Source of the DNA: an uncultured Marmoricola sp.
GTDB lineage: Bacteria > Actinomycetota > Actinomycetes > Propionibacteriales > Nocardioidaceae
Reading direction: 5' to 3'
DNA: 64,000 bases
NCBI GenBank assembly: GCA_964600765.1
Contig: CAZRKI010000004.1
Coordinates: 11,162-75,161, forward strand
The position numbers and the translations under genes are program-made. How positions within the stretch are numbered: position 1 is the stretch's first letter; every line of letters begins with the position of its first letter. The notes below the pieces were generated by a model, which had not been told where the DNA came from, did no database searches, and saw nothing but the letters and a program-made list of their open reading frames with translations. Below, one piece after another: positions 41,786 to 50,850 of this stretch.

Positions 41786-42729
41786 GGAGTCGAAGTGTAC
41801 GGAACCAGTTCCAGGCGCTGTGGTGGGTCCGTCGACGAATCCTCAACAAGCGACCAGGAATGCGCAGTTGCCACCAGGCGAACCCTTGCCAGGGTGCCCT
41901 GGTCAATTGACGGCAGTTGCCAGCCAACCTGGCCAGGCGTGGCCTGGACTCCGATCGATTCGAGCGCCGATAGCACTTCTTCGCTGCTTGCCGGTGCCCC
42001 GAAGCAGTCGAGTTGGGTGTTGGTCAGAGCAGCCATGACTGCCTCACGGGTGCCCAGGGCGAACATGTCCGCTGACCGGTCCCTGATCAACTCGCGGGCG
42101 CCCGGCCCGTCCAAGCCCCGTTCCAGCACATATTCAGCCAGGCCCCTGACCAGGGCTATCGGTGCCCAGCCCAGTTTTCCGGTGGCCAGTTCAGCAGCGC
42201 TGGCCAGTTCATCGGCAATCGCCGGGGCCGTAACCGCCAGCTGGTTTCCATGGTTATCCGCCACTCCGGTGAAGGACAACAAGGGTGGGATTCCGGCGAC
42301 TCCGATTGCGATATCAGTCTGGCCATTGCGCCACGGCCGCCCAGCGGTATCGGTAATTACCACGCCAACATTCACGGTGAGTGCGGCTCGAATCTGACGA
42401 GCTGTCCGATCCGGGTCCTCGGGTAGCAGCAGCACCGAATCAGGAGCCACATTTGAACTGTCCACCCCGCTCGCGGCCATGGTCAGTCCCAGGTGGTTCT
42501 CGGTGATCGTGGTGCCATTGCGCTGGGCCACGATCCGTTTGGTTTCAGAGGCAATGGCCTCAGCCCGTTCCTGAGTGCGGATCCGACCCTGGGACTTGCT
42601 CACAATCTTGCTGGTGATCAACACGATGTCCCCTGGCTGCGGTCGACCCAGTTCGACCAGCTCGCTCAACTCGGTTCCCGGGGCTACCTCCCCAATGCCG
42701 TGGATCGGGATCACTGAGTATTCAGGCAC
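41782..42729 (-). CDS. cofE: Coenzyme F420-0:L-glutamate ligase
   Basis: ITSKIVSK, GVDSSN, LLLPEDPD, ITDTAGRPWRNGQTDIAIG and IADELASAA motifs. Confidence 0.93.
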   Translation of the reverse strand: MPEYSVIPIHGIGEVAPGTELSELVELGRPQPGDIVLITSKIVSKSQGRIRTQERAEAIASETKRIVAQRNGTTITENHLGLTMAASGVDSSNVAPDSVLLLPEDPDRTARQIRAALTVNVGVVITDTAGRPWRNGQTDIAIGVAGIPPLLSFTGVADNHGNQLAVTAPAIADELASAAELATGKLGWAPIALVRGLAEYVLERGLDGPGARELIRDRSADMFALGTREAVMAALTNTQLDCFGAPASSEEVLSALESIGVQATPGQVGWQLPSIDQGTLARVRLVATAHSWSLVEDSSTDPPQRLELVPYTSTP

Positions 42730-43729
42730 TTGGCAACACCAGTTCCAAAGCGGCGGCGAAGATCTCTGCAGTGGCCATGGAATCGGTCATCCACAGGGGC
42801 ACTGCAGCACAGGGGATGCCACCTGCCTGGATCCTGGCCACCAGATCCGCGTCGGAGGAGTCGATCAGCCAACCATCCAACAAGCCACCATCCCGGCGGG
42901 CTCCATAGTGCTCTGCCACGCCAGCTGCACTGCATTCCACGCCAATGACCTCAAGTAATTGCCGGGCCATGCCGCGCACGTGCTCGCCATTGATGATTCC
43001 GGAGATGCCCACGATCGGCGCTGATGCGGCCAACAGGGCCTTCCTGATCCCGGGCACGCCCAGGATGGTGCCCACCGAAACCACTGGATTCGATGGCGGA
43101 ATCACGATCAGGTCGGCTGACTGGATCGATTCCAGTACGGCATTTGTGGGACGGGCCTGCTCGACCCCGATCTGCACCACGGCGCTGGCTGGTACTGATG
43201 CCTGGTGTCGGATCCAGTACTCCTGGAAGTGAATCGCCCGGCGTTCATCGTCAGTGGGATCCTGAATCACCACATGGGTTTCGATCCGATCATCTGACAT
43301 GGGTAGGAGTTTCACTCCCGGTTGCCATCGTTGACACAGGGCCCGGGTCACGTCGGTCAGGGAGTACCCCGCGTCCAGCATCTGGGTTCGAACCAGGTGG
43401 GTGGCCAGGTCCCGGTCACCAAGGCCGAACCAGGTTGGTTCCACTCCGTACGCGGCAAGTTCCTCCTTGGCCCGCCAACTCTCATCCTTGCGTCCCCAAC
43501 CACGCTCAGTGTCGATGCCACCGCCCAGGGTGTACATCACGGTGTCCAGGTCGGGGCAGACCTTCAGGCCATGGAGCCAGATGTCGTCACCGGTGTTGGC
43601 GATCACGCTCACCTGGGAATCGGATCCCTGGTGTGTGATTAATCGCAGGATGCCCTCAAGGAAGCGGGCGCCGCCCACTCCTCCGGAAAGGACGGTGATC
43701 TGTTTGGGCAGGGATTTGAGCGTGGGCAT
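42722..43729 (-). CDS. cofD: 2-phospho-L-lactate transferase
   Basis: LSGGVGGARF, NTGDD, CPDLDTVMY, FGLGDRD, HFQEYW and PSNPVVS motifs. Confidence 0.96.
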   Translation of the reverse strand: MPTLKSLPKQITVLSGGVGGARFLEGILRLITHQGSDSQVSVIANTGDDIWLHGLKVCPDLDTVMYTLGGGIDTERGWGRKDESWRAKEELAAYGVEPTWFGLGDRDLATHLVRTQMLDAGYSLTDVTRALCQRWQPGVKLLPMSDDRIETHVVIQDPTDDERRAIHFQEYWIRHQASVPASAVVQIGVEQARPTNAVLESIQSADLIVIPPSNPVVSVGTILGVPGIRKALLAASAPIVGISGIINGEHVRGMARQLLEVIGVECSAAGVAEHYGARRDGGLLDGWLIDSSDADLVARIQAGGIPCAAVPLWMTDSMATAEIFAAALELVLPSA

Positions 43730-43799
43730 GAGGGACAGTGTGGCAGGAACCGAACCCTCAAGTTGAGATTGAGGGAAGCCGCTTTACCTCAAACTGGGC

Positions 43800-43844
43800 T
43801 TGACTTTGAGAAACGACACAACTGTAATCACATATGTGTGATTA
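43800..43844 (+). promoter_or_regulatory. whiB upstream region: TTGACT (43800-43805), GACAC (43815-43819) and the palindrome TAATCACA-TATG-TGTGATTA (43825-43844)
   Basis: Perfect 8-bp arms in an AT-rich intergenic stretch. GACAC is the established WhiA/WhiB motif in Streptomyces. Confidence 0.6.
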
Positions 43845-43888
43845 TTAACTCGACCCAAAAGGGTCGGAGGGTCGAAAAGGGGCACGCG

Positions 43889-44143
43889 GTGACAGAATTG
43901 TATTTGGTCGAGGGAGAAGTCGACGAACTGGCCTGGCAGGAGCGGGGATTGTGCGCTCAGACGGATCCAGAAGCATTCTTTCCGGAAAAGGGTGGTTCCA
44001 CCCGTGAGGCAAAGAAGGTGTGCCTCACCTGTGAGGTCCGTCAGGAATGCCTTGAATATGCACTTGCAAACGACGAACGCTTTGGAATCTGGGGAGGGCT
44101 CTCCGAGCGCGAGCGGCGCAAGCTGAAGCGCCAGGCGGTTTGA
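43889..44143 (+). CDS. whiB: WhiB-family Fe-S transcriptional regulator (WhiB/WhiB2 ortholog)
   Basis: WQERGLCAQTDPEAFFPEKGGSTREAKKVCLTCEVRQECLEYAL and FGIWGGLSERER. GTG start at 43889. Confidence 0.95.
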   Translation: MTELYLVEGEVDELAWQERGLCAQTDPEAFFPEKGGSTREAKKVCLTCEVRQECLEYALANDERFGIWGGLSERERRKLKRQAV

Positions 44144-44212
44144 GGGCAGCAATGCGCTGACTCGGGCAGGCTGTTTGGGTTTGCCCATGGTGGCCTCATA
44201 GGGTGATTACTC

Positions 44213-46960
44213 GTGAAGGTCACCACCATCCTGGTCAGCCACAACGGCGCTCGCTGGTTACCAGCGGTGTTGGCCGGGATTCAGAGCCAGCACCGGGCTG
44301 CTGATCAGGTGTTGGTGGTGGATACCGGATCCACCGATGACACTCTGGCCCGTTTGGAGTCAACCCCGTACCAGGTGCTTAGCGTCGACGCTGCGACCAC
44401 CTATCCGATGGCGGTGGCTCTCGCCCTTGAATCGCTGCCCGCAGCTGCACCAGATGAATGGATCTGGTTGCTGCACGATGACAGTGCCCCTGAAGCGGGG
44501 GCTCTGGCCCAACTCACCATGGCCGCTGCGGAGGCCGGTCCGGAGCACGCTGCGATCGGACCGAAGATCAGGGAATGGCCCTCCTTGCGCAGATTGCTGG
44601 AGGTGGGGGTCACCATCACCGGCACCGGCCAGCGTGAAACCCACCTGCTGCCCGGCGAGTACGACCAGGGACAGCATGACAATATCCACCATTCGCTGGC
44701 GGCCAATACCGCTGGACTCCTGATTCGCAGGTCAGCTCTGGAATCACATCCACTGGATGTGCAACTACCGGTCTTCTACACCGAGATCGACCTGGGCTGG
44801 CGGTTGGCCAGAGCCGGGTTGGCCACGGTGATTGAACCACGTGCTGTGGTTTTTCATGCCGAAGCGGCCCGGCGCGGGTTGCGGGATACGCGCGCACTCA
44901 GGCATCCGAGAGCTCTCGCCCGGGAAGCCGCGGTCTACACAATGCTGGTGAACTCGCCAGCCTGGTCGGTTCCTCTGAAGGCTTTGCGCCTGCTTGTCGG
45001 GGGGCTGCTGCGGGCCCTGGGTCTGCTTCTGGTGCGCGCGGTGGATGATGCCATTGATGAGGTGGTCGGGGTCACCCGAGGCCTGTCCCGAATCAACCGG
45101 ATCCTGTCCGGACGAGCCCAGAGGCGTAGTGAGGAACACGGCCACAGGGTTCGCGGTCTGCTGGCACCCTGGTGGTTGCCCTATGCCCATGGTGGTGATT
45201 TCCTCTCTGACATCTGGGTCGGAATCTCCGACTCGATTGCCGGTGTATTTGCTGCTGACGAGCAGCAACAACCCTTCTGGAAAAGGGTTCTGGCCAGTCC
45301 ATCGACCTGGGGTCTGCTGGTCTCGTTCGGGCTGGCCCTGGCCATAAACTGGCGCTGGCTGGGAGCCAGCAACCTGCACGGTGGGGCCCTGCTGGCCGCT
45401 CCCACGGACTTTGGCCACTGGTGGTCATTGTGGGGACAGGGTTGGCATTGGCTGGGCAATGGCACCACTACACCAGCCGCACCCTACGTCGTACTGCTGG
45501 CCCTGGGCAGCCTCGTCACCCTTGGCCATCCCGGCTGGGTGGTCTGGCTGCTGTTTGTCCTCGCCGTACCACTGTGCATGATCGGTGGTCTTGTCTTCGC
45601 TCATCGGTTGCTCGAATCTCCCTGGGCTCGAGTATTTCTGGCTGGTTCCTACGCACTGTTGCCGGTGGTCTCAGGCGCCGTTGCCCAGGGTCGAATCGGC
45701 ACCGTTGCTGCCCTCATCCTGTTGCCCTGGCCAGCTCTGAGCGCGCTCCGCCTGGCATCGCCGAAGAGCCAGGTCAGAGTCCGGGCAGCCTGGCGGACCG
45801 CAACGGGTGCGGCCCTGGTGGTGATGTTCGTGCCATCTGCCTGGTTCCTGGTGGCACTCCTGCTGGCTGCCTCTCCGTGGTTGACCGGACATCGACTGCG
45901 GAGGCAGGTGTGGTTGCCGATCCTGGTGCTGCCAGTGCTGTTCTGTCTGCCCTGGTTGGCCCAAACCAGCACGATCGCTGGACTGTGGCTCTTTGAGTCC
46001 GGTTCGATCATCGATGCGGGCGCTGATTACGGGTTGTTGGATGTGCTGGCCGGCAGAAGCGGGTTGGACCAGGCTGCACCTGCCTGGTGGGGACTGTCCC
46101 TGCTCGCGTTGGCTCTGCTGGCCTGGCTGCGTCCGGACACCAGACAGCAGGTGGCCCGGTCCTGGTTGGTGATCGCTGCTGCAGCCCTGACGGTGTTGCT
46201 TTCGCTGGTATTGGTCACCCTGCCCGGGATCCCGGTCACAGTGCATCCGTGGCTGGGTTTCTCGATGGCGGTGGTACAGGCGGGTTGTCTGCTGGCGATT
46301 GCCCAGGCCTCAGCCGGAATCTGGGCCCGTCTGGGTGATGGTGTGTTGGTACGACGGGTTCTGACCCTGACAGGTGCCGCCCTGGTGACTCTGGTGCCGC
46401 TCACCGGGGTGCTTTGGTGGGGGATCAACGATCCCACTGGCGTGCTGGGCACCAGCAGCAATCGCAGTCTGCCGACGTATATGCAGGACCTGGCCCGGGC
46501 CGGCAACCACAACGCCACTCTGGTCCTGAGCGGTGGTGATCAGGGAACGCCAGTACGAATGCAACTACTGCGCCGGGGGACCCTGGTCATGGGGGACGAG
46601 GGTGTCCTTGCCGGCACCAGCACCGATCGGCCACTGGCGCAAACAGTGGCGAACATGCTGATTGCCCCGGGACCTGAGTTGGCCAGCGAACTCCAGGCGC
46701 GCGGAGTCACCTATATCTATGCCCCCCGACCCGTCAGTGATCTGGTCAGCGGTGCGATTGATGCCGCTCCTGGACTGGTGAGCGCGAGTGAACCGCGAGC
46801 TGGAACCAGAGCCTGGCAGGTGGCTGAAGCGGATCCGGATCCACTGACATCGCAACCTAACCCCTGGCATCCGATTCTGCTTCTGGTGCAGGTGTTTGCC
46901 TTCTTGTTGGCGCTGGTGCAGGTGCTGCCCAATGACCTGCGTCGCACGGGGGTGAACTGA
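44213..46960 (+). CDS. GT2 glycosyltransferase fused to a large polytopic membrane region (possibly GT-C-like)
   Basis: N-terminal LVSHNG, VDTGSTD, WLLHDD and DLGWR; then many TMs including YALLP...LLPW and an extracellular C-terminal domain. Confidence 0.82.
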   Translation: MKVTTILVSHNGARWLPAVLAGIQSQHRAADQVLVVDTGSTDDTLARLESTPYQVLSVDAATTYPMAVALALESLPAAAPDEWIWLLHDDSAPEAGALAQLTMAAAEAGPEHAAIGPKIREWPSLRRLLEVGVTITGTGQRETHLLPGEYDQGQHDNIHHSLAANTAGLLIRRSALESHPLDVQLPVFYTEIDLGWRLARAGLATVIEPRAVVFHAEAARRGLRDTRALRHPRALAREAAVYTMLVNSPAWSVPLKALRLLVGGLLRALGLLLVRAVDDAIDEVVGVTRGLSRINRILSGRAQRRSEEHGHRVRGLLAPWWLPYAHGGDFLSDIWVGISDSIAGVFAADEQQQPFWKRVLASPSTWGLLVSFGLALAINWRWLGASNLHGGALLAAPTDFGHWWSLWGQGWHWLGNGTTTPAAPYVVLLALGSLVTLGHPGWVVWLLFVLAVPLCMIGGLVFAHRLLESPWARVFLAGSYALLPVVSGAVAQGRIGTVAALILLPWPALSALRLASPKSQVRVRAAWRTATGAALVVMFVPSAWFLVALLLAASPWLTGHRLRRQVWLPILVLPVLFCLPWLAQTSTIAGLWLFESGSIIDAGADYGLLDVLAGRSGLDQAAPAWWGLSLLALALLAWLRPDTRQQVARSWLVIAAAALTVLLSLVLVTLPGIPVTVHPWLGFSMAVVQAGCLLAIAQASAGIWARLGDGVLVRRVLTLTGAALVTLVPLTGVLWWGINDPTGVLGTSSNRSLPTYMQDLARAGNHNATLVLSGGDQGTPVRMQLLRRGTLVMGDEGVLAGTSTDRPLAQTVANMLIAPGPELASELQARGVTYIYAPRPVSDLVSGAIDAAPGLVSASEPRAGTRAWQVAEADPDPLTSQPNPWHPILLLVQVFAFLLALVQVLPNDLRRTGVN

Positions 46961-48345
46961 TGGCCAGGTCACGAGGACGTCGTACGGCGATCCGGGAACG
47001 CCGGACTCCGGTGGCCCCGCCCAAGCGTCGCCATGAACCCAAACTCACAACCAGCTCCCTGCCCCGCTGGGGATTCCCGGTTCTGGTGTTGGTCTGTCTC
47101 GCAGCTCTGATCAACGCCGGGATCTGGAGCCGACCCGCGGGTGCCCCGACCCAGTTGGTGACTGGAACCGGCACGATCGAACACACCATGGTGTGCGGTG
47201 GTGGCATCACTGGAGCGCAGAGCATCACCTCAACGACTCCGACCACACCGGTGATCTCCCAACCGATTTCAGCTGACAAACCCACCGTGGTGCGATCCCA
47301 GAGTGACCAGTCGGAACCTCCGGTCGCCGCTCAATGGGCGGCGTCGGCGAAGTACCTGGCTCTGGCTCCGTGCCCAGAACCGCGAGCAGACTGGTGGTTT
47401 GTCGGGATTGGAGGCGCCCAGACCCATCCGGCGACTCTGTTGCTTGACAACCCACGGTCAGGAGCGGCGGTCGTTGACGTGCGCGCATTCAACGCAACGG
47501 GGCTGGTGGATGCTCCGGGATTGCGTGGGATCAGGCTCCCAGCAGGCAGCCGCCAACTTCTGGACCTGAGACAGGTGATTCCCTCTGCGACCGACCTTGC
47601 CGTTCAAGTGGTGGCTACCCGTGGGCTGGTCAGTGTGACTGCGATCGATCAGTGGTCGAGCTCCGTGATCGGTAGCAGGGTCAGTGATTGGGTACCCGGG
47701 CAACCCCAGGCCGCAGTGGATCAGGTGTTGACCGGGCTGCCGGACCAGCCTCAACAAGCCACTCTGCTGGTCGTGAATCCCAGGGACACCGAGACGATTG
47801 TGAAGGTCAGGGCCATCGGTGCGTCCGGCACCTTCACCCCTCAGGGAGCAACCAGCCTCAGCGTTCCTGCACAGTCCCTGGCCAGCCTTGATCTGAAGAC
47901 TGCATTCGATGGCAATCCGTTGGCCTTCCGGCTCTCCAGCGAGTCGCCGGTGAGTGCGACCATTCGGGCGGTGCAGCATCAGGATCTGGTCTATGGGCAG
48001 GTTGCCTCCGTTCTGGAGCAGGCAGCAATTGGTGTCCCTCCCGGATCTCAGGGTCAGGTCCTGTTGTCCTCACTGGGCCGGTCCGGCGTGGTGCAGGTGC
48101 GTTTCTTTGACCGCACCGGACAGCAGATCGGCACCGAAATGTCAGTGTCGGTAGCGGCTGCCACCACCAGTGGTGTTGACCTGCCGGCAAATACGGCAGC
48201 CATCCGATTGCGTTCCAAAGCAGCTACGCATCCAGAAGGCATTGTGGCCGGATTGTCCTTGACCCGGGGCAGGGGATTGGCTGGTGTGGCGTTTCCGGTT
48301 CCGAGGAGTCTGGGCCGGCCTCCAGCCGTACTACCTGGCTGGTGA
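46960..48345 (+). CDS. DUF5719-like membrane-anchored extracellular protein
   Basis: Basic N-terminus plus a TM; CPEP..DWWFVG, LLLDNP and LLVVNP Ig-like repeats; TGATG coupling to the GT gene. Confidence 0.65.
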   Translation: MARSRGRRTAIRERRTPVAPPKRRHEPKLTTSSLPRWGFPVLVLVCLAALINAGIWSRPAGAPTQLVTGTGTIEHTMVCGGGITGAQSITSTTPTTPVISQPISADKPTVVRSQSDQSEPPVAAQWAASAKYLALAPCPEPRADWWFVGIGGAQTHPATLLLDNPRSGAAVVDVRAFNATGLVDAPGLRGIRLPAGSRQLLDLRQVIPSATDLAVQVVATRGLVSVTAIDQWSSSVIGSRVSDWVPGQPQAAVDQVLTGLPDQPQQATLLVVNPRDTETIVKVRAIGASGTFTPQGATSLSVPAQSLASLDLKTAFDGNPLAFRLSSESPVSATIRAVQHQDLVYGQVASVLEQAAIGVPPGSQGQVLLSSLGRSGVVQVRFFDRTGQQIGTEMSVSVAAATTSGVDLPANTAAIRLRSKAATHPEGIVAGLSLTRGRGLAGVAFPVPRSLGRPPAVLPGW

Positions 48346-48837
48346 TCAGTCCTCAGTGGGGTATCTGGGGTGTACCTCGGCGGGAGAAATGCCCAGGAAT
48401 CCGGCCACCTGTTCCACCAGGCAGGTCAACAGCATTGCTTCCAGATCGCTCCTGGACTGTGCCCGGGATTCGATTGGCTGGCGGAAAAGCACCACTCGAG
48501 GTGGAGTGGTGGCCGTGCCGGCAACCAACGAGGCAAGGGGGATTCTGGTGCCGGTCCAGTTCTGGGGCAGTACGGGTACTTCCTCAACTGCCAATTCCAC
48601 AAAGGCGAGTTGTTTCTTCCAACGGGATTCGATGTCTGCCATCACACTGATCGCGATTTCATCAAAACGCTGTCGGCGGGTCCGCCTGGCTGGTACTCGT
48701 CGAGCAGCCCGTTGTTGATCCAGCAACCCTCGGTCGGCACCCACGTGGTAGTCGGGGACCGGCACCACCACCAGACCCCGAAGTCCGCGTCCATGTCGAT
48801 CCCGAACCGACAACCGTCCGGGGGAGTGCTTTACCAC
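48346..48837 (-). CDS. Zincin-like metallopeptidase-family protein (Rv3259-like)
   Basis: RDRHGRGLRG, RVVLFRQPIE, CLVEQVAGFLG and EVHPRY patterns. It has no intact HExxH motif. Confidence 0.82.
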   Translation of the reverse strand: MVKHSPGRLSVRDRHGRGLRGLVVVPVPDYHVGADRGLLDQQRAARRVPARRTRRQRFDEIAISVMADIESRWKKQLAFVELAVEEVPVLPQNWTGTRIPLASLVAGTATTPPRVVLFRQPIESRAQSRSDLEAMLLTCLVEQVAGFLGISPAEVHPRYPTED

Positions 48838-48904
48838 GGGATCAGCCTAGACATCCGGTGTGGCAGCCCGCGCTGGGCGCGCCGTACCGGGTAATCTCTT
48901 GGTC

Positions 48905-49273
48905 GTGGCCATCCAAAGACGTTGCTCCCGTGCAGCATGTGATGCCCAGGCGACCACCACCCTCACCTTCGTGTACGCCGATCAGACGGCGGTGGTGGGT
49001 CCACTGGCCACCTACGCCGAGCCCCACGCCTACGACCTGTGTGAACAGCATGCCCAACGGCTCTCCGCGCCCCAGGGTTGGGAAGTGATCCGGTTGGCCC
49101 ATGATGTGGATCCACAACCATCTGCTGATGAACTGGTCGCTCTGGCGGATGCCGTGCGTGAGGTGGCAGTGCCACCGGTGGTTGCCGCCGGGTCGACCGC
49201 GGAGATCCCCCAGATGTCCCCGGCCAATGTGGTTCAGAAGGGGCATCTGCGTTCGGTGCCCACTGGACCCTGA
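48905..49273 (+). CDS. DUF3499-family protein (Rv3258c-like)
   Basis: RRCSRAAC...TLTFVY.D.TAVVGPLA...EPHAYDLC..HA.RLSAP.GWEV. GTG 48905 lies 7 nt after TAATCT. Confidence 0.85.
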   Translation: MAIQRRCSRAACDAQATTTLTFVYADQTAVVGPLATYAEPHAYDLCEQHAQRLSAPQGWEVIRLAHDVDPQPSADELVALADAVREVAVPPVVAAGSTAEIPQMSPANVVQKGHLRSVPTGP

Positions 49274-49301
49274 GTCAGCACCGAGCCGGTAGCGTTGCGT
49301 T

Positions 49302-50666
49302 ATGGCCGATTACTCGATTGAGCAGCTGAACCAGGTTTTCAAAGCCTATGACGTGCGTGGCACCGTCGATGATCAGATCAATGAGCCACTGGCTCGGGCA
49401 ATCGGAAACGCATTTGTGGTCCAGACAGACGCGGATGCCATTGTGGTTGGCCACGACATGCGGCCTTCCAGCCCCGGACTGGCGGCTGCTTTTGCCGATG
49501 GCGCTGCCACAGCCGGGGCCGATGTGACCATGATTGGGCTGGCTTCCACCGATCAGCTCTACTTCGCGTCCGGGCTGATGGAGCGCCCCGGAGCGATGTT
49601 CACTGCATCCCACAACCCGGCTCAGTACAACGGGATCAAGATGTGCCGTGCCCTGGCTGCTCCAGTGGGCATGGAATCGGGTTTGGCCCAGATCCGGGAC
49701 CTGGTGGCTCGCGGTGAGATTCGCACCCATGCGCTCAGGGGCACGATCACTGAGCTTGATGTGTTGGACGCCTATGCAGACTACTTGTTGCAGTTGGTCC
49801 CGGTCACCGGTCGCCGCCTCAAAGTAGTGGTGGATGCCGGTAACGGCATGGCTGGTCTGACCGCTCCAGCAGTGCTGGGCAGGCTGGACCTGGATGTCAC
49901 ACCGATGTACTACGAGTTGGATGGCACCTTTCCAAACCATGAGGCCAATCCGATTGAGCCCAAAAATCTGGTTGACCTGCAACTCCGGGTGCGAGAGGTT
50001 GGGGCCGACATTGGTCTGGCCTTCGACGGGGATGCGGATCGCTGCTTCCTGGTGGACCAGGATGGCGAACTAATCAGCCCTAGTGTGCTCACGGCACTGA
50101 TCGCGGTACGCGAGTTGGGCAAGGAGCCCGGTGCGACGATCATTCACAACCTGATCACCAGTAGAGCAGTCCCTGAGATTGTTGCCGAACATGGCGGAAG
50201 TGCAGTGCGGACGCGCGTAGGCCACTCGTTCATCAAAGCCACCATGGCCGAAACCGGTGCCATTTTCGGTGGCGAGCACTCTGGCCATTTCTATTTCCGT
50301 GACTTCTGGCGGGCTGACTCGGGGATGCTGGCTGCCCTGCATGCTCTGGCAGCCCTGGCGGAGTCAGATCAGTCGTTGTCTGAGGTGATGCGCCCCTATC
50401 AACGCCACGTTTCCAGCGGTGAGATCAACTCGGCGGTCACAGATCAACAAGCCGTGCTGGACCAGATCCGGAATCAGTATGGTGCCGATGCCAGCGTGGA
50501 GATCGATGAATTGGATGGGCTTACCGTGTCGGCTCCGGACTGGTGGTTCAACGTCCGGGCGTCCAACACTGAACCACTGCTCAGGTTGAATGCAGAGGGC
50601 CGGGATCAGGACACCATGGAGCGCATTCGCGACCAAGTACTTGGCACGATTCGAGGAGAGCACTGA
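49302..50666 (+). CDS. manB: Phosphomannomutase/phosphoglucomutase
   Basis: FKAYDVRG, TASHNP, FDGDADR, GGEHSGHFYF and RASNTEP motifs. Confidence 0.96.
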   Translation: MADYSIEQLNQVFKAYDVRGTVDDQINEPLARAIGNAFVVQTDADAIVVGHDMRPSSPGLAAAFADGAATAGADVTMIGLASTDQLYFASGLMERPGAMFTASHNPAQYNGIKMCRALAAPVGMESGLAQIRDLVARGEIRTHALRGTITELDVLDAYADYLLQLVPVTGRRLKVVVDAGNGMAGLTAPAVLGRLDLDVTPMYYELDGTFPNHEANPIEPKNLVDLQLRVREVGADIGLAFDGDADRCFLVDQDGELISPSVLTALIAVRELGKEPGATIIHNLITSRAVPEIVAEHGGSAVRTRVGHSFIKATMAETGAIFGGEHSGHFYFRDFWRADSGMLAALHALAALAESDQSLSEVMRPYQRHVSSGEINSAVTDQQAVLDQIRNQYGADASVEIDELDGLTVSAPDWWFNVRASNTEPLLRLNAEGRDQDTMERIRDQVLGTIRGEH

Positions 50667-50848
50667 TGAACATCGATCCGACCCTGCTGGACCTAATCGT
50701 GTGTCCTGATTGCCATGCAGACCTCACGTCTGATGCAGAACACTCCGAACTCGTCTGCACTGGATGTGGGCTGGCCTATCCGGTCCGTGATGACATCCCA
50801 GTGCTGCTGGTCGATGAGGCTCGCCAGACCCGAACCAGCCAGGAATAG
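50666..50848 (+). CDS. Trm112-family protein
   Basis: LLDLIVCPDC and YPVRDDIPVLLVDEA motifs. Confidence 0.92.
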   Translation: MNIDPTLLDLIVCPDCHADLTSDAEHSELVCTGCGLAYPVRDDIPVLLVDEARQTRTSQE

Positions 50849-50850
50849 AT

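Noticed and set aside
43755-43775. Inverted repeat CCCTCAA-N7-TTGAGGG between cofD and whiB
   Set aside because: The arms are short, with no supporting second copy or known motif.
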